64,000 nucleotides of DNA from Utricularia gibba (lineage: Eukaryota > Plantae > Magnoliophyta): NCBI GenBank assembly GCA_002189035.1, contig NEEC01000002.1:5270001-5334000 (forward strand), read 5' to 3'. The position numbers and the translations under genes were made by a program. Position 1 is the stretch's first letter. Each line of letters begins with the position of its first letter. The notes beneath the pieces are model-generated. The model had not been told where the DNA came from and searched no databases. It worked only from the letters and a program-made list of their open reading frames with translations. Positions 24,875 to 39,239 of this stretch are shown here, in pieces.

Positions 24875-26800
24875 AACACCGAGAAACCATTGGCAGGTAG
24901 GCTTCTCCATCCAGCCTACACTTGAAAGAATAAGTTATAAGAACATGATTTTTGGCATTCATTGGTCACACTGTGGGGAGGACTTGTTGGTTGTTGTTCC
25001 CTTACTAGTCATGTGGCATCCATACCTAAACGTGCCATTGATGGCTGATTCATTTCCATCATGAGATGGACATAACATGTTTCTGCATCACCACTTACAC
25101 TTGAATGCGTGTAGGATAGTAATTTGTGGCATTCCAAGTCCTCTTTATTTCTTTATTTTCCTTGGATTGTTTGATAGAATAATTTAATGAATTGTATTAT
25201 TAAATTATTTATAGATAAATAAAAATACATTTGGTTAAGAAAATTCAATCAAAAACGTTTTCAAAATATGAAGATTATGTAAATATTTATAAATCATCAA
25301 ATAAATATGATTTTAAATAAATTTTCGAGTACAATCTTGTTGTTTTCCTTTCATCACATGAGAAGGTGCTTTCATTTCCTTCCAATACATGGAAGCATTA
25401 AATGTTGCATCAGATTAATTGAGTTTCAATGGTTTACTATATGTATAATCGATTGGCGCTTGAACGGCTCAATTGTAATTGATTTGAACTGTTATTTCTT
25501 AAAAAAAATTATTCAATATTTTTATTATGAGAAAATATTATACTGTAATTGTTCGTAGTTGAATTGCAATGGATCCTGATTTATTTTTTTACATTTTAAA
25601 ATAATTTAAATTTAATTCAATCATTATTGCGAATGATCTATGGTTCAATTATGGTTTTTAAAACACTGATTTGAATATCATGGAAGAATTGAAAATTGGG
25701 TGATGGAGAAGTGAGCTTTTTTGAGTTTACCATGCCATTGGTATCAAACTGAACAATAGTCAATTGGTCTGGATTAAAGTGAACTTAGATTTCAAGTTTA
25801 AAATTTGTTGTTTTAGAATTAGATTTGGATTTGTAATTTGAAAAATCAAATCTAACCCACTTTTTTAAATTGTTAAAAAGATCATGAATTGTTTGTACAA
25901 ATAATTTGTGGTTTGAGAGATTTAATTGTGGTTCAAACTGTCATTGAATTGTTCTTTTTTTAAAACAAAAATAATATTTTATATAAAAAATATCAAAATA
26001 TGATTAAACATTAATTGAACTACAATTGAATTGTGGTTAAACTATAATCAGATCATGATTCCTTTTTTATATGTTGAAATGATTTAAATTTAATCTAATT
26101 ATTTTGATAAAACCATTCACAATTCAATTATAGTTGAATTGTTGTGATCTAACCTCAACTCTGAAATTTAATTTGAAAATAAAAAGATAAAAATAATAAT
26201 GGAATATATCAAAATTTATGACTTTGATGATTAATTTGTTTGAGGACTCTTAGGGCAATTCAATATGACTATAAATTTAATGGCGGATTTATTTGAAAGT
26301 GAGTAACATTCTATCAGTTTGTTTCACTAAAAAATTAAGCATCTTTTTGGTGCAACCCTAGTTTCAATAAAAACACTCTAAAAAACAATTATTGGATAAA
26401 AAATGGAAGCTCCAACAGTTCATACAAATAGAAGCACAAGATCCGATGTAGATGTAATAGTGAAATGCTTCATGTTGAGAAATTGAGGGGTTACTATTGT
26501 AATAAAAAAATAAATGCTTCTGAAATATATTTGGCCTATTTTACTTTTATTCTATTTTAAATTTCAACAAATTAACATTATCTTACTTCTTTTTAGTATT
26601 GAATAGTTTGCTCTAAAAAGAATCATTAATAATTAATGAAGATAAATTAATAATATTATTAAAAGGAAGTATTTCACGTGAACCAAGGTACACCAAATAC
26701 ATTTTACTTCTATTTGTTTGTAGTTAATGAATGAAACATAAATTATTTAATAAAAACATTTACTTTTTTGGAGTTGAGCAAGAAGAATGAGGATGTAAAT

Positions 26801-29789
26801 TGTTAGAGTTTCTAGTAATTTCATTGGAATACTAATCGTGTATAACTATTTGAATATTATAAATGAGATTTTTGAGAAACCTTGATATTTATTGAGAAGT
26901 TTAAAACTTTTAGGTACACGAAGAGTTATGACTCTTTGAATTCATGAGATGGTTTCTTCTCTTCTTATAAATGTTTCATTTCTGCTGATTTCAACGTTTG
27001 GGTTGAAGAGCTTGTTGAATCCTGAGAAATTACTTGATTGTTCTTAAAATAATCTCTTAAGGGTAGTGCGCTTTACACACCCCTCAAGCTTTCCATCATC
27101 TTCACCTTACTTGCAGCAGGAACTCTGACCCTACAATCTTAAGAGATTATGGCCAACGTTGTAGGGAATGACAACCAAAGCAACAATCTGGAGAGCAATG
27201 GTCAAGATGAACTCAATGAGATCTTGAGTGAACACACATTCACTGATCCATCATACTTTGTTCCTCATATGGTTGAACCACCAGTAGCGATGATCAGATA
27301 TCTTGATACTTCCAAAATTGAAGAGTTCAATGGAACCAACTACAAAACGTGGAAGGAATGTGTCTATAGCCTACTCGACATGCATGGAGTGAGTTGGGTT
27401 TTGACAACCCCACTCACGGAGGACACCAATTATGTTTTGTGGGACCAAGCAAACAAAATATGTCGAAACACCATTCTTTCCACTCTTACTAACTATCTCT
27501 TTGACATCTATGTAAGCTCCACAGTTTCAAGGAAGATATGGGATTCAATGATGGAAAAGTGCACTGTAGAAGACGCAGTAAAACAAAAGTTTGCTTGTTT
27601 CAAATTCTATTGTTGGGAAATGATGGAGGATAAGGATGTTCATGAACAAGTGAATGAGTATCTTCAGCTGCTAGAGGGATTGAATGGTAAAAACATCAAA
27701 CTACCTGATGAGTTTCTAGTCGAAATACTCATTGAAAAACTACCTCCATTGTGGAATGACTACAAGCTGCAATTCAAATACAAAAATAAGAGGATGGATC
27801 TCTCTGAAGTAATGAAGCACATTATCATTGAGAATAAGCATAGAAATCAGATACCCATCTTGGGGAAGAAGCTTGAAACTACAGCAAACCTCGTAGAAGA
27901 TAGAGGTAAAAATTTTAAATTTATCAAGAAAAATGACTCTACTTTCAAAGTTGAGAAATTCCTTTGGTGTGAAATCTTCCAACTTCAAGAGGAAGAAAGT
28001 CCACTGCTTTGTTTGTGGAAAACCAAGGTATTATGCTGCTTAATGCCGAATGAGGGCAACTCTTGAGCCTTGAGCATAAGAAAAAACCTTCTACTAATAT
28101 CAAGGCAAAACTTGTTATTGGAGATAATGAGATTATTGGTGCCATGATTTCTAAAATAAATCATGTTGTCTCTACATGAAGAGATGTGTGGCTTGTAGAC
28201 TCTGGGGCTACATAGCACGTGTACTTCAATAAAGAAATCTTCAATGATTATGAAATCATCAATGGGAGAGAAATTTTGTTGGAAGATTCACACACAACCG
28301 TTGCCATTGACAAAAGAAAAGTTAATCTCCGACTCACCTCTGGAAAAATTCTCTCTTTAAACGATTTGCTTCATGTTCTAAGCATGAGATCCAATTTGGT
28401 GTCAGCTTCCATACTAGATGATGCTAGAATAAAAGTGATCTTGGAATGTGGGAAACTTATTCTCACTAAAAATAATGTATTTATTGGAAAGGGATACAAA
28501 TCTCATGGTGTCTATGTATTGAATGTTGATTCAATGAATGAAGCATCTTCTACTTATTTTCTTGGGTCCTTTAATCTTTGGCATTGACGTTTAAGTCATA
28601 TAAACAAAGGATATATGAAGAAGATGATTAAAATGGGAATAATAAAAAATATTTGAATTGAAGATACAAATAAATGTGAAATTTGTATAGAATCCAAATC
28701 AAGAAAGAAAACATGTCACAAAATTGAAAGGAAAGCTCAACCTCTTGAGTTAATTCATAGTGATATTGGTGATATGAAGTATTGTGAAATAAGATGAGAT
28801 AATAAATATTATATTACCTTTATTGATGATTATTTCAGATTTTCTAAGCTTAATCTTCTTAAATCTAAAAGTGAGGCTCATGAAAAATTCATCATTTATA
28901 AAAAGGAAGTGAAAAACCAATTGGACAAGACAATTAAACGCTTGAAAACAGACCGAGGGGGTGAATATGTGACCCTAAATGGGTTCTATGAGAATCATGG
29001 AATTGTCCATGAAACAATGCCACCTCACTCACATGAATCTAATGGCATAGCTGAGAGGAAAAATCGAACTCTCAAAGAAATGATGAATGCCATGATGATC
29101 ACAGCAAATGCTGATGATAACCTATAGGAAAAGACCATCTTAATAGCCCGAATTCCATATAAGAAAACTGGCAAGATCCCCTATGAGATGTGGAAAGGTT
29201 ATATACCCAATATTAAATATCTTAAAGTGTGGGGGTGTTTGGCAAAAGTCTTGTTGATGGGACCAAAGAAGAGGAAAATTGGGTCCCCAACATGTGACTG
29301 CATGTTCATTGGATATGCACAAAGTCTGGATGCCTATCATTTTCTGTTATTAAAAAGTGATGAAGTGGCCTTAAACGCTATTCTTGAGTCAAAAAATGGT
29401 GAATTCTGTGAAACAAAATTTCTACTCAAAAAGGAAATGGAAATTAATGATGAGAGAACTCCTAAACAACCTACTCATTCAAATACTAATCGTGTATAAC
29501 CATTCGAATGTTATAAATGAGATTTCTGGGAGATCTTAACATTCATTTAGAGGTTTAAAACCTTTAGGTACACGAAGAGTTGTGACTATTTGAGTTTAGG
29601 AGATGGTTTCTTATCTTCTTATAAATGTCTCATTTCTCCTGATTCCAACGTATGGGTTGAAAAGATTGTTGAACCCTGGGACATTACTTGATTGTTCTTG
29701 AAATAATCTCTTAAGAGCAGTGTGCTTTACATACGCCTCAAGCTTTCCATCGTCTTCATCTTACTTGCAACAAGAACTCCGACCCAACA
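26801..29789 (+). mobile_element. Ty1/Copia retrotransposon (TAR-like gag) lacking RT and RNaseH
   Basis: 5' LTR 26801-27135 (TG...CA); 3' LTR remnant about 29481-29789; TSD TAAAT/CAAAT. Gag ORF 27149-28066 (IEEFNGTNYKTW, LIEKLPPLW), protease LVDSGAT near 28195, GAG-pre-integrase LWH, and integrase (TDRGGEY, SNGIAERKNRTL) with many stops. Confidence 0.92.
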
Positions 29790-30708
29790 CAAATGAGTAG
29801 GGATTCGAAGCCAGGAATAGGAACCAGAAGGAAATCTGATGATGATCGGTATTATGACAAGATTGTCTGTCCAGAAGGCAGAGGGCTCACAGACAAGACA
29901 TGCACGAAAAAGCCTTCATGTGAATGATATGTAATATGTTAAGACACAAAATTTGAGAGTTGGATAGAAGTAGAAACTGTAGATAAACTTCCTGGAGCAA
30001 TCATCAAGCTCCCCTTAGAGTTGGTGCATTGGCTTCTTATCTTTGGAGCTATACTGACTCCAAGAGAGACAAAAGTTAAGATGTTCTGAAAACTTAACTA
30101 TAATACTATGTATGTAGTTAACCCATCCTTATTTATCTCTTGCATATCTAGGTAGTATGTGGTTGTCTTGTCCTCTTGCCCTTCTAGTGTGCATAATGTC
30201 CCCATGTGCTGAATGTCCAGTCCTTTCAGTATTTGATTGGCTGTCCCTTCTTCACCTGACCCATGTGCAGCTGTTGTCCCTGCTCCATCTTTGTCTTGGG
30301 TGCGCGCTTCCATAACAAAAGACCGTGGCAGATGGCTGGTAACCAATCCTCTCAAGATCAGGGTGTGATGCGTCTATTTGTCTAAATGGGTGGAGAGGGA
30401 ATTGGCGATCGTGTTTTCCAATGCAGGGCATCGTTAACATTGGAAAAAAAATCAAATTAGCAGCAAGTTCAATTCACTTTTGAGAAAACTATAGCATGTG
30501 CAAGGGGGCGCTAGTGGTTTCTTCATCAAATAGAAGCTAAGGATTATAAGATGCACATGTAGCTCCAATACATATAACTTGGTCCCGGGTAACCAAAATG
30601 GCACAACACAAGATACGAAAATAAACCAGTCTACTAATGATACTTGAGAGCAGGGCAACATGTGTTCCTCAATAACTGTTTGAAGGCAAACCGGCATTTT
30701 GTACTTGG

Positions 30709-33700
30709 TTAGTAGTCTGTACCGATAGTTGATGATTGTTCTTCAGGTCCAGCAATGGCGTCCGACTGCAGCTTTGCTGATTTGGACTCTCCCGTGGGAA
30801 GCTTTATCCGAGGTGAAAGCATCTTAGCTTCCTCAGTGGTGTAGATGTATATCTTCTTGTTCCTTACCATTGTGCAGAACTCCCTGGAAGAAAGGGGGGC
30901 AAAATTATTGGAGTTCAAGGAAATGTGGAAGGCTGAAATTGAAGAGTAGCTCATGAACGTCACTTAACTGCCATGGATCATCTCCAACCATCATCATGTC
31001 GTCTTCATCATCGGTGTAAACAACCTGCCATTTCTTGATTGTTCCTGTGAGCTCCCCTGCGATTTCGAATAGGTCCTCGAGTTTCTTGAGAAGATCCTCA
31101 TAGCAATCAAACTTGGTTAGATCAACAGCTCTCCCAACCGCAACCCCTTGCATGTGAACCTACACGACATTGTCAGAGTTCTTCACTCATGGAGTGTCAT
31201 GCTTGACTACAAAACTTTGAAGTTTCCAGGTTACTCAAGTCTTATGAGAGAATCCAAAATTCTCTACCTTAGTACAACTGCGATTTTTCCGGCTGATAGA
31301 TGGCTCATGAGGGGACCTCAGAGACGACTTTTCAGGATCACAACTAACATTGGATGGATTATGGTTTGACGGCTCTGATTGTTGCTCAGATTCAGCGCAT
31401 AAAGGAGGACAATGGTTTTCAGCTACTGCTCCAGATGAGGCAGCTAGCATAGCATCATCTGCAGCTGGAGGATCAAGCAACTCTATTCCGAATAACCTGC
31501 AACGAGTCATCTGTCTTTTTTCACTAACTGGGTTAAGTGATTGTGATGCAGCTTCAGTTCGAGCAGACTGGTAAATGGAACTTGTTGAAGCAGGAAGCAG
31601 ACTCTCATAATTCATATTACTGAGTCTGCCTCCGGAACCATGCTTATGCGATGGATACAATTCTCGCCCCCGCAATGGATCATGATATGTGAATGCAGGA
31701 GTATCAGACGGTAATTTTCGTACACCTACAATTATCAAACATCAACCTTTTAAAAAGTCTATTAGCTGAAAATGGGTGAGAAAAATGAGAATGAAGAATT
31801 CACTGATAACAAACAAAGATATCTCCGGTTTACCAAGTGAAGATAACTCAGGTGTGGATGAATTCAAAACAGCAGGTCGAGTGCGCTTCGCCCTCTGTTG
31901 AGTCTGAGAATTTGGAGGGGCTGAAGCTACCAGTGGTTCTGCTTCCCATGGTGAAATTTTGTCTGGCCGGACAATTGAGGAGGGCTCATCCCATTGAACC
32001 TGCATTCACATGATATTTGAATGATCAAAGAAAATACTGACAGGCACTTTTGTATTGACAAACAAGATTTGCAGCATGTAAGGGGACAAATTGCATCTGA
32101 TAAATACTTCCTCTGAAAGGCACTGCAGGGTGCCTTGCACCATAAATAACAACACGCTGTGCTGTAAGGAAATCCCTTTTAAAATTGACAATCTTCCCAG
32201 GAATTGAACAAGTTGCCTATCTATTATGACACCATTTCATACATGACACGTAAAGCTATGGGTATAAACAACCAATGTTCGAAGATGAAAAACGAGAAGC
32301 TACCTTCAAGGACCTCCATTCAGAATCAGGCCATGGAGACGAAGCATCATTCTCAATGCCAACAATTGTCCCGCTGAATCTGCACTCATGACAGGGATAA
32401 TTATCACTTATCCAATATGGTGAGAGGCATTTAAAAATACAATGCATGAACAAAGTAAGCCGCAGAATTTACCTTCTCTCAGGAACCTCTTCGCCTTCAA
32501 ATCTCATCTTAAACCTCATCCCCGCAGATAGCTTGTGATTTTGGGCTTCAAGATACTTGTTCACACTTACTAAAAATTCAGATCGACTAGTCCTGAAAAA
32601 GAAAGCAAATGATTCAAGATTCCTTTTTGGAAAGATTAATACTCCATGAGCTCTCTTACTAAACTTAAAATGGTACTTGCCATACCTTGGTTTATAAAAA
32701 ACTGAAAACATAGTCCCAGTTGTTAAAGCATGTGATGCCGTTGCAAGCACTCCTAAGTGCATGCTATGACTCGATATAACAGAAGATGGAACATTATTTA
32801 GCTGCCTCATGAGTTTCCTCACACCAACTCGAAGCTCCCCATTTTCTCCCCTGCCGAAGGGTGGAAATGATGTTTTAATATAAGTTTCCAGTGGCATGTC
32901 ATAAAACTTATCTTCAAGAAAGTGTACCTCAGAAAAATAAAAGCATCTCCAGCCACCAACTTTTTTGAACTAACAAAGACACTCCACCCTGTTGTCAGTA
33001 AATGTCGCCTGGGTTGACCTATATATGATATCAATTAGCACCAATAGTGGAAACCAAAATGCAAAATATGATATACTGTTGTGGCACAAGGGCATTGTGT
33101 TGATGTGTATCAACCTGGTAACCTTCTTGAGTTTATCAACATTATTATATTTTTGGGTTGATTCAATTCAAAAAACGTAGATGAAACTGAACCAGAGTCA
33201 ACCACATTTGCAAACGGCAAAAAAAAAAGCGTTCCAAAATTACTAAAATATAGACCTCGAAAAATGTGACGAAAATGCCATTCATTGCCATGGAGATCAG
33301 AAGCAACTAATTCCTGAGAGGGAGGTTGCTGGGTCATGTCCTAAACATAAGATATGGTTGTTAATGCCTTCATACATTAAAAATGCAGAAACAAAATCAT
33401 TTGCAATCGAGGGTTTTCTTACAAGTGGGGGCAAGCAATCATCTGCATGCCTTCTTAAAACTGAGAATCCCCCATGGGTGCTTGTGTCAGAAGCTGTAAG
33501 TGTCTTACAAAACGAATGGACCGTGCACCTTGGAGGCTCTGGCGCTGGTGGATCTGAACTTGTAATTAAACTTTGCTGATTCGTGTACAGAATTACAATA
33601 TCATTTAGCACCCAAGAAAAACTAACAAAGATAAGAACAACTAACGAGGCTAACTCACATCTGGTTCAGGAAGCAAGGTGATCTGTGCATACACTTCATC

Positions 33701-34186
33701 TGTGTCAGGCTCAGCCTGAAATTGAAACGAAACACACATTGATAGAAAATGTTACTAAACATACATGGAAGTGATGGAAGCAAATAATCTGACTGAAGGA
33801 AAACCATCATTTTTTACAAGAATAAAACCTTACCCGAAGCTGAACATGCATCACCTTGCATAGGATTTTACTGGGCAGGTTGAATGAAGGAAGTTGCTGC
33901 TCTAATCCATGATTTGTTGATGCCTCAAGCTAAAATCAATAAATTAATCACAAATGCAGCGACAGTGTGAGATTCAAAGGTAAGAAAGGAGATCTCATTC
34001 AACAAGGCTGGTTCAAAACCAAACCTGTTCCATGTAACCTTGAGGAAAGTAATAGACCCGTTCTCCTTCACATGGTACACTGACTATAGGACCAGCACAA
34101 GCGTGCCAAAGTTCCCTATATAGAGTATCATTTGGAGGACCCGTAGGCGGGCCTCCATTGAAATTATTTGCAGAACGACATGCCAT
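30709..34186 (-). CDS. ARF1: Auxin response factor, ARF1-like (B3 DNA-binding, ARF and PB1 domains)
   Basis: [94 protein letters not shown] and [18 protein letters not shown]. The match is closest to ARF1 (SSKKL, TSRSEF). ATG at 34186, TAA at 30709-30711. Confidence 0.93.
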
Positions 34187-34819
34187 AAGAAATTCTCCAC
34201 CCTTCAGAAGTTCTTTTGTTCGCTAAGCAGAAGCCCTGCATCACAAAAGATCATAACAAGTGAGTTGACGAGATTCATATCCTAACACAAGAATGTAAGC
34301 TTTCAAATGCTTCTAACTGAAGTTCCTGTACACCCATTCGTAAGAAGTTCGTGTCTACCTTATGCTTTTGATAATTCTCTACGCCTATAAGGAATGCAAC
34401 TGTTCTTTAACCCAAAGAGAAGCTAACAACAGGGACATAATTCAAGCCAAATACCTCCATTGAGAAGTGAACTACAAAATCATATAATCAACGATCTCTA
34501 CAACATCACCATATCAAATCTAATATCAACGCAGATGATATCAAAGTTTAATACCGCCCCCAGACCTCATCGTCACATGCCATCTCAATCTATCAATTTG
34601 ACTCACTATGTGAACCAAACCAACACTTGCGATCCAAACGCCAAAAGCACAAAAAAGAAACCCAGAAAACGATAAAGCATCCGCAACCCCTTCCCTTAAA
34701 CTTGGAAAGGTCTCACAAACACAAATTGACCGGCAAAATCAAACCACAAAATCTAAAAGCCCAACATGAAAAATTAAAAAACATACCACATCAGGAACTA
34801 TGTTAGCTCCCCAAAGATT

Positions 34820-34867
34820 CTAACAAGCCGACCAAAACCCTAGAGAGTCCACGCTTCCTTCCCACAT
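34820..34867 (-). promoter_or_regulatory. uORF (MWEGSVDSLGFWSAC) in the predicted ARF1 5' leader
   Basis: ATG at 34867 and TAG at 34820-34822 lie in a non-coding exon ending at the GT donor 34786. The matching acceptor precedes 34235. Confidence 0.55.
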
Positions 34868-37800
34868 GCAAACGACGGTTTCTCACGCAAGTCAATTCAC
34901 ACCCACCTCAAAGTCCTTCCCCCTTCAAACCGCAGGTACAAATAGAGCAAATACAGTGGAAAAATCAAACCTTCCTTCGTTCACCAATCCGGAAACGCGC
35001 AGAGAACGGATAGAAAACAAACCCAAACCCAAAGGAAATGGGGGAAAAAAAAGAAGCAAAGTAAAAGAGGGTACAAGGACAAGGAGAGAAGAAAATAAGA
35101 GCAGGACGTGGTGGGCTGTTGATGGTCCCCTTGCTCGGTAGAAGCCGACAGCAAATGGGTAGTCCCGAATGTGTGAGAGAATGAATACAGAGATACATGT
35201 ATCCCCCATTGGTCGCCTAACCCACTGCAGACCACACAATTCCACAATGTCATTACACGTTTGATACTTTGGGGCAAAGGTCTGGCCTTCTTTGGGCATA
35301 ATGAAATCCTACGAAAAAAGGACTAGCACAGCACAGCAGCTTGTGTATGCATCCAATGTTGTAATGCGGTTCTTGTCTGTCATTATCCTTTACACCTAAC
35401 TCTTCTGATTCCCACCCACCTGACCTCCACACTTTTCGATCGCTACAGTTCCTCTTAGTTTCAGTTTCAGGGAAATAAGACAAATCTGTCTGCTTGGTAT
35501 GCATGTTTAAATGAGTTTATGAGTGGTTTATTAATTTATTCATGTTAAATATGCATTTTTTATTTAAATCTATTTTTACTCGTTCCATTATACTCGACCT
35601 AAACATGCATATGAAAAAGGAAGGCATAGTATGTTATTTATTTACTGTTTTACTCTTAATTAATAATTTCATATAAAAAATTCTTTTAATTAAATATTAA
35701 TTTAATAAAATAATTCAAAAAAAGAGCAACTTAGGTCGTACGTATGTTACTAAATTGCATGATCCATCTTAAATAATTCTATAATTTATTCTCTAAATCC
35801 TAATACATGTTGATGAACGCGATGGGGTTTTATTTATAATTGTATTTCTTTAAATAAGGTATTTCCTATCATGTAGTTTAATATAATCCACATGGTTCCA
35901 ATTTTTTTTTACTTTTTTTATCCTGATATATCATCCAAAATACATGCAATTTGAATTTCGAAATAAATTAAATAATTCAATGAATTTGCTCTTTTAGACC
36001 CAAAAAACTTCATTTATAATTGTATTTTTAAAATAAATAACTTTAGGTTATGCGTTAGTGCAATTCACACGACATCAAACTACACATAACCATACAAAAA
36101 ATTCTCGAAATAATTAACACATTAATTTTTTCTTGAATTTACTCTTTCAGCCTAGGCATCATGTTTGCCTTCATATTTAATAATAAAGATTAATTATACT
36201 CGATTGATGCTCAAAAAATGAGAGAACAAAAACGTTTAAAATATAAAAAGTTTAAGAACTAATTATACTGATATGTCAAAATTTGAATACTAATTATAAA
36301 TAATATGTAAAATTTTGGAGATTGATTTTAGCAATGGGGATAAAATATGTAATTTATATTAAAAATAATAATAAAAAAATGTAATAATACAACAATTGAT
36401 GAAAAAATTAAACAAATATGCTACGATATTGATGAGACTTTGAATAAATTATTAAAAAATGTTATTCCACAAAATATATTTAAAATATTTTGGCAATCAT
36501 AAAGTGGGTCCCTACGAAAAAAGATTCTATGGACCTCTCGAATCTCTTTTTTCCTGATTTTATAACTATAATTAATAGCTTTGTTTAATTTGTTATGAAT
36601 CAATTTTATCTTTATTTTAAAACATTAGAGATAGATTATATCAAATTTTTAAATGATGTAAATAACAATAAAACAATAGCGATTATAATATTGGAGATTA
36701 TAATAGATCGTTTTTAAATCTATTACAGTCAATCAATGATGCATGTACCATCATTATTTTATTATGAATAATAAGAATAATTTCTTTTGTTTTTGCTGAC
36801 CATATATTATTGTTATTATTGTATCATTTTTTTCAGCCATTATTTTGAAATAATTTATAATTATATGAGAAACCCAAATTATTTAAACAGAATTATATTT
36901 ATTATTATAGTATCATTTTTTCTTGCCATGATTTGTTTCTTAATAATGAGAAACAGAATTAAAAAATAAGAAGTGAGTAACTAATTATGTTTAATTAAAT
37001 AAAACTGAAATAAAAGGTATAATGATATTGTTATTATAGTATCAATTTTTTTTCTATTTCTGTATATTACTTCTCAAAATAGAATTATATAAGCATTTCC
37101 ATAAATTAATGAATTAATTATTTTGAAATTCATAATCATTTATTCGAAAATTTTTAATTTTATATTTAACCTTAGTAAATTATATAATATTTATTCATTT
37201 AGTAATTCCCATGTATTTCGGATAAATGCACATATCAATATTCTTAATAATTATTAAAATAATAGGACAGAAGAGAAAGTAAATATTAAAAAAGAGAGGG
37301 GAGAGGTAATTTGTATGTAATAGAAGAGGGATAATAGTGATAAATAATTTTGTGTCAATTATATTTGTATTTTTTATGACTCTATTAGATTAGTTTTATA
37401 AATATTTTATTTCATTTTTCTATATTTTTAAATGAATTATATATCTTTCATATAAGTAAGTTGACCACCGTATCATATATGTTCATAAGTAATTTTATTC
37501 TAATATTTTTCAAAAATATATCTCGAGTATCTTCAAACTTAATCACTTCAACAAAGAAAAGTTATTAAAAATGTAAACTATATAAAGAAATTTTAAAAAT
37601 ATTTAAATTATACTTTCTTCTTTATGTACAGTATGCATAAATTCATATCTACTAAATAAACCAAAAAGGTTGAAATGTTGTGCTCCATCCATGTATGTCA
37701 TATAAATATATGAAAAGTCACAAATAGATACTTGTCAAACTCTATCATTTGCAGATCACATAATTCTTATGTGCAAATAACAGTTATAATCCATGTTAGC

Positions 37801-39239
37801 ACAATTACATTTACCCTCCCAGAATGTGGAATGACTAATCGAAACAATGAATTCATATCCTTATTTTATATAATAGTAGGTAAGACAATATTGAGAATGA
37901 ATCTTACTAGCAAATGTATTTTTTTTTTTAATTCATATACCTTCTTATCGTAGCACCTATATTTGTCACCATATTTAAATTTTTCGAATACGAAATTGTT
38001 TACATGATTGTTTTGGAAAGGGGTACTCCTCCCTTACGGAACACCCCAGAAAATCATCGAGAACAAGATCCAGGCATTTGTATCGTACGAGTTGCCTTGA
38101 TTCTGGTCTTTGGTACTTCATTCTCAATTCTTTGAAGGGATTTTAGAATCCTCATTTGAGTCGGTGTCTACATCGTCATCATCATGATCGATCATATCAT
38201 AAAAAAAAAGTAAATGACAATAATTTCATACATTTAGACTTAACATCACTAAAATTATTTTCTAAGATAAATCCTTTAATCACATTCACATTTAGGTTGT
38301 TATCATGACTTAAAATATAATAATTAAAGATTAAGATATATACTTACAATATAATTAATTATTAAAAATATAAAAAATGAATAGTTATTAACATATTCAA
38401 TAAAATAAATATTTCCATAGTTAACATCTAGCATATTGTCGCAATATCATAAATGAGTATGCGAAATTTCACTCTAATTGTAGTGCAAATAGACATTTTC
38501 GCTATTAAATGTCATATTATTTGTATATTGAAAATTGAATGACATTCTCAAAAAATCGAAAAATTTCTTAATGTATTTGTCTATTCTGAAATGATAAAAT
38601 AAATAAAAATTTAAATAAAAATAATCTATTGATAACAATAATAATACAATCAACAATTGTATGATTATAATAAAGCATTAAAAATTTAAATAAAAAAATT
38701 ACAAAGGAAAAAAACAATATTATCAATTTTTTTTCAATTATGACTTTACTCAATTTTGAATATAAATGAAAAAATTTATGGAAATATAAGATATATATAG
38801 AATAAGAGGTATAAGCTTAAGAATAAAATGACATCAGTAATAATGTGTTGTAGTAAGTCACGTTGATGATGACGCCTTATCTAAAACGGTATTAATGATG
38901 GCACGAGTCATTCCAAGACGCAAGGTGCCACTAATGATGATATATAATGTTATTAATATAATATAATTGTTGATAACAACTCAATTTCAAATGCACTACA
39001 TTATGTAGCTGATATCAAATTTTGTCCTTTTTTTCGTTTTTATTTTTGAGAAAAAATACTTCGATTTTTGGAGGCCGAGTTTCTTGTTTTTCGAAAGTCA
39101 CCCGTAGGTGCCAACTCGCAAAGAGACGTTGGAGCGTCCTTTGAGTTCAATGCAATTGAAGCCCTAGGTTCCACATTCTTGCGCGTCCAATCGAATTGCC
39201 AAGTAGATTCGTGAGCGTTTGGTGTGAATTAAGGCTAAG

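Noticed and set aside
29820-29900. TGATGA box-C-like motifs here and at 38860-38945 as possible snoRNAs
   Set aside because: No properly spaced D box, terminal stem or rRNA-complementary guide was found.
30098-30697. Several 65-85 aa ORFs downstream of ARF1
   Set aside because: They are in the probable 3'UTR region, mostly have non-ATG starts and show no motifs.
35140-35495. AuxRE-like TGTCGG/TGTCTG sites upstream of ARF1
   Set aside because: They are isolated hexamers; the spacing does not match known composite ARF-binding repeats.
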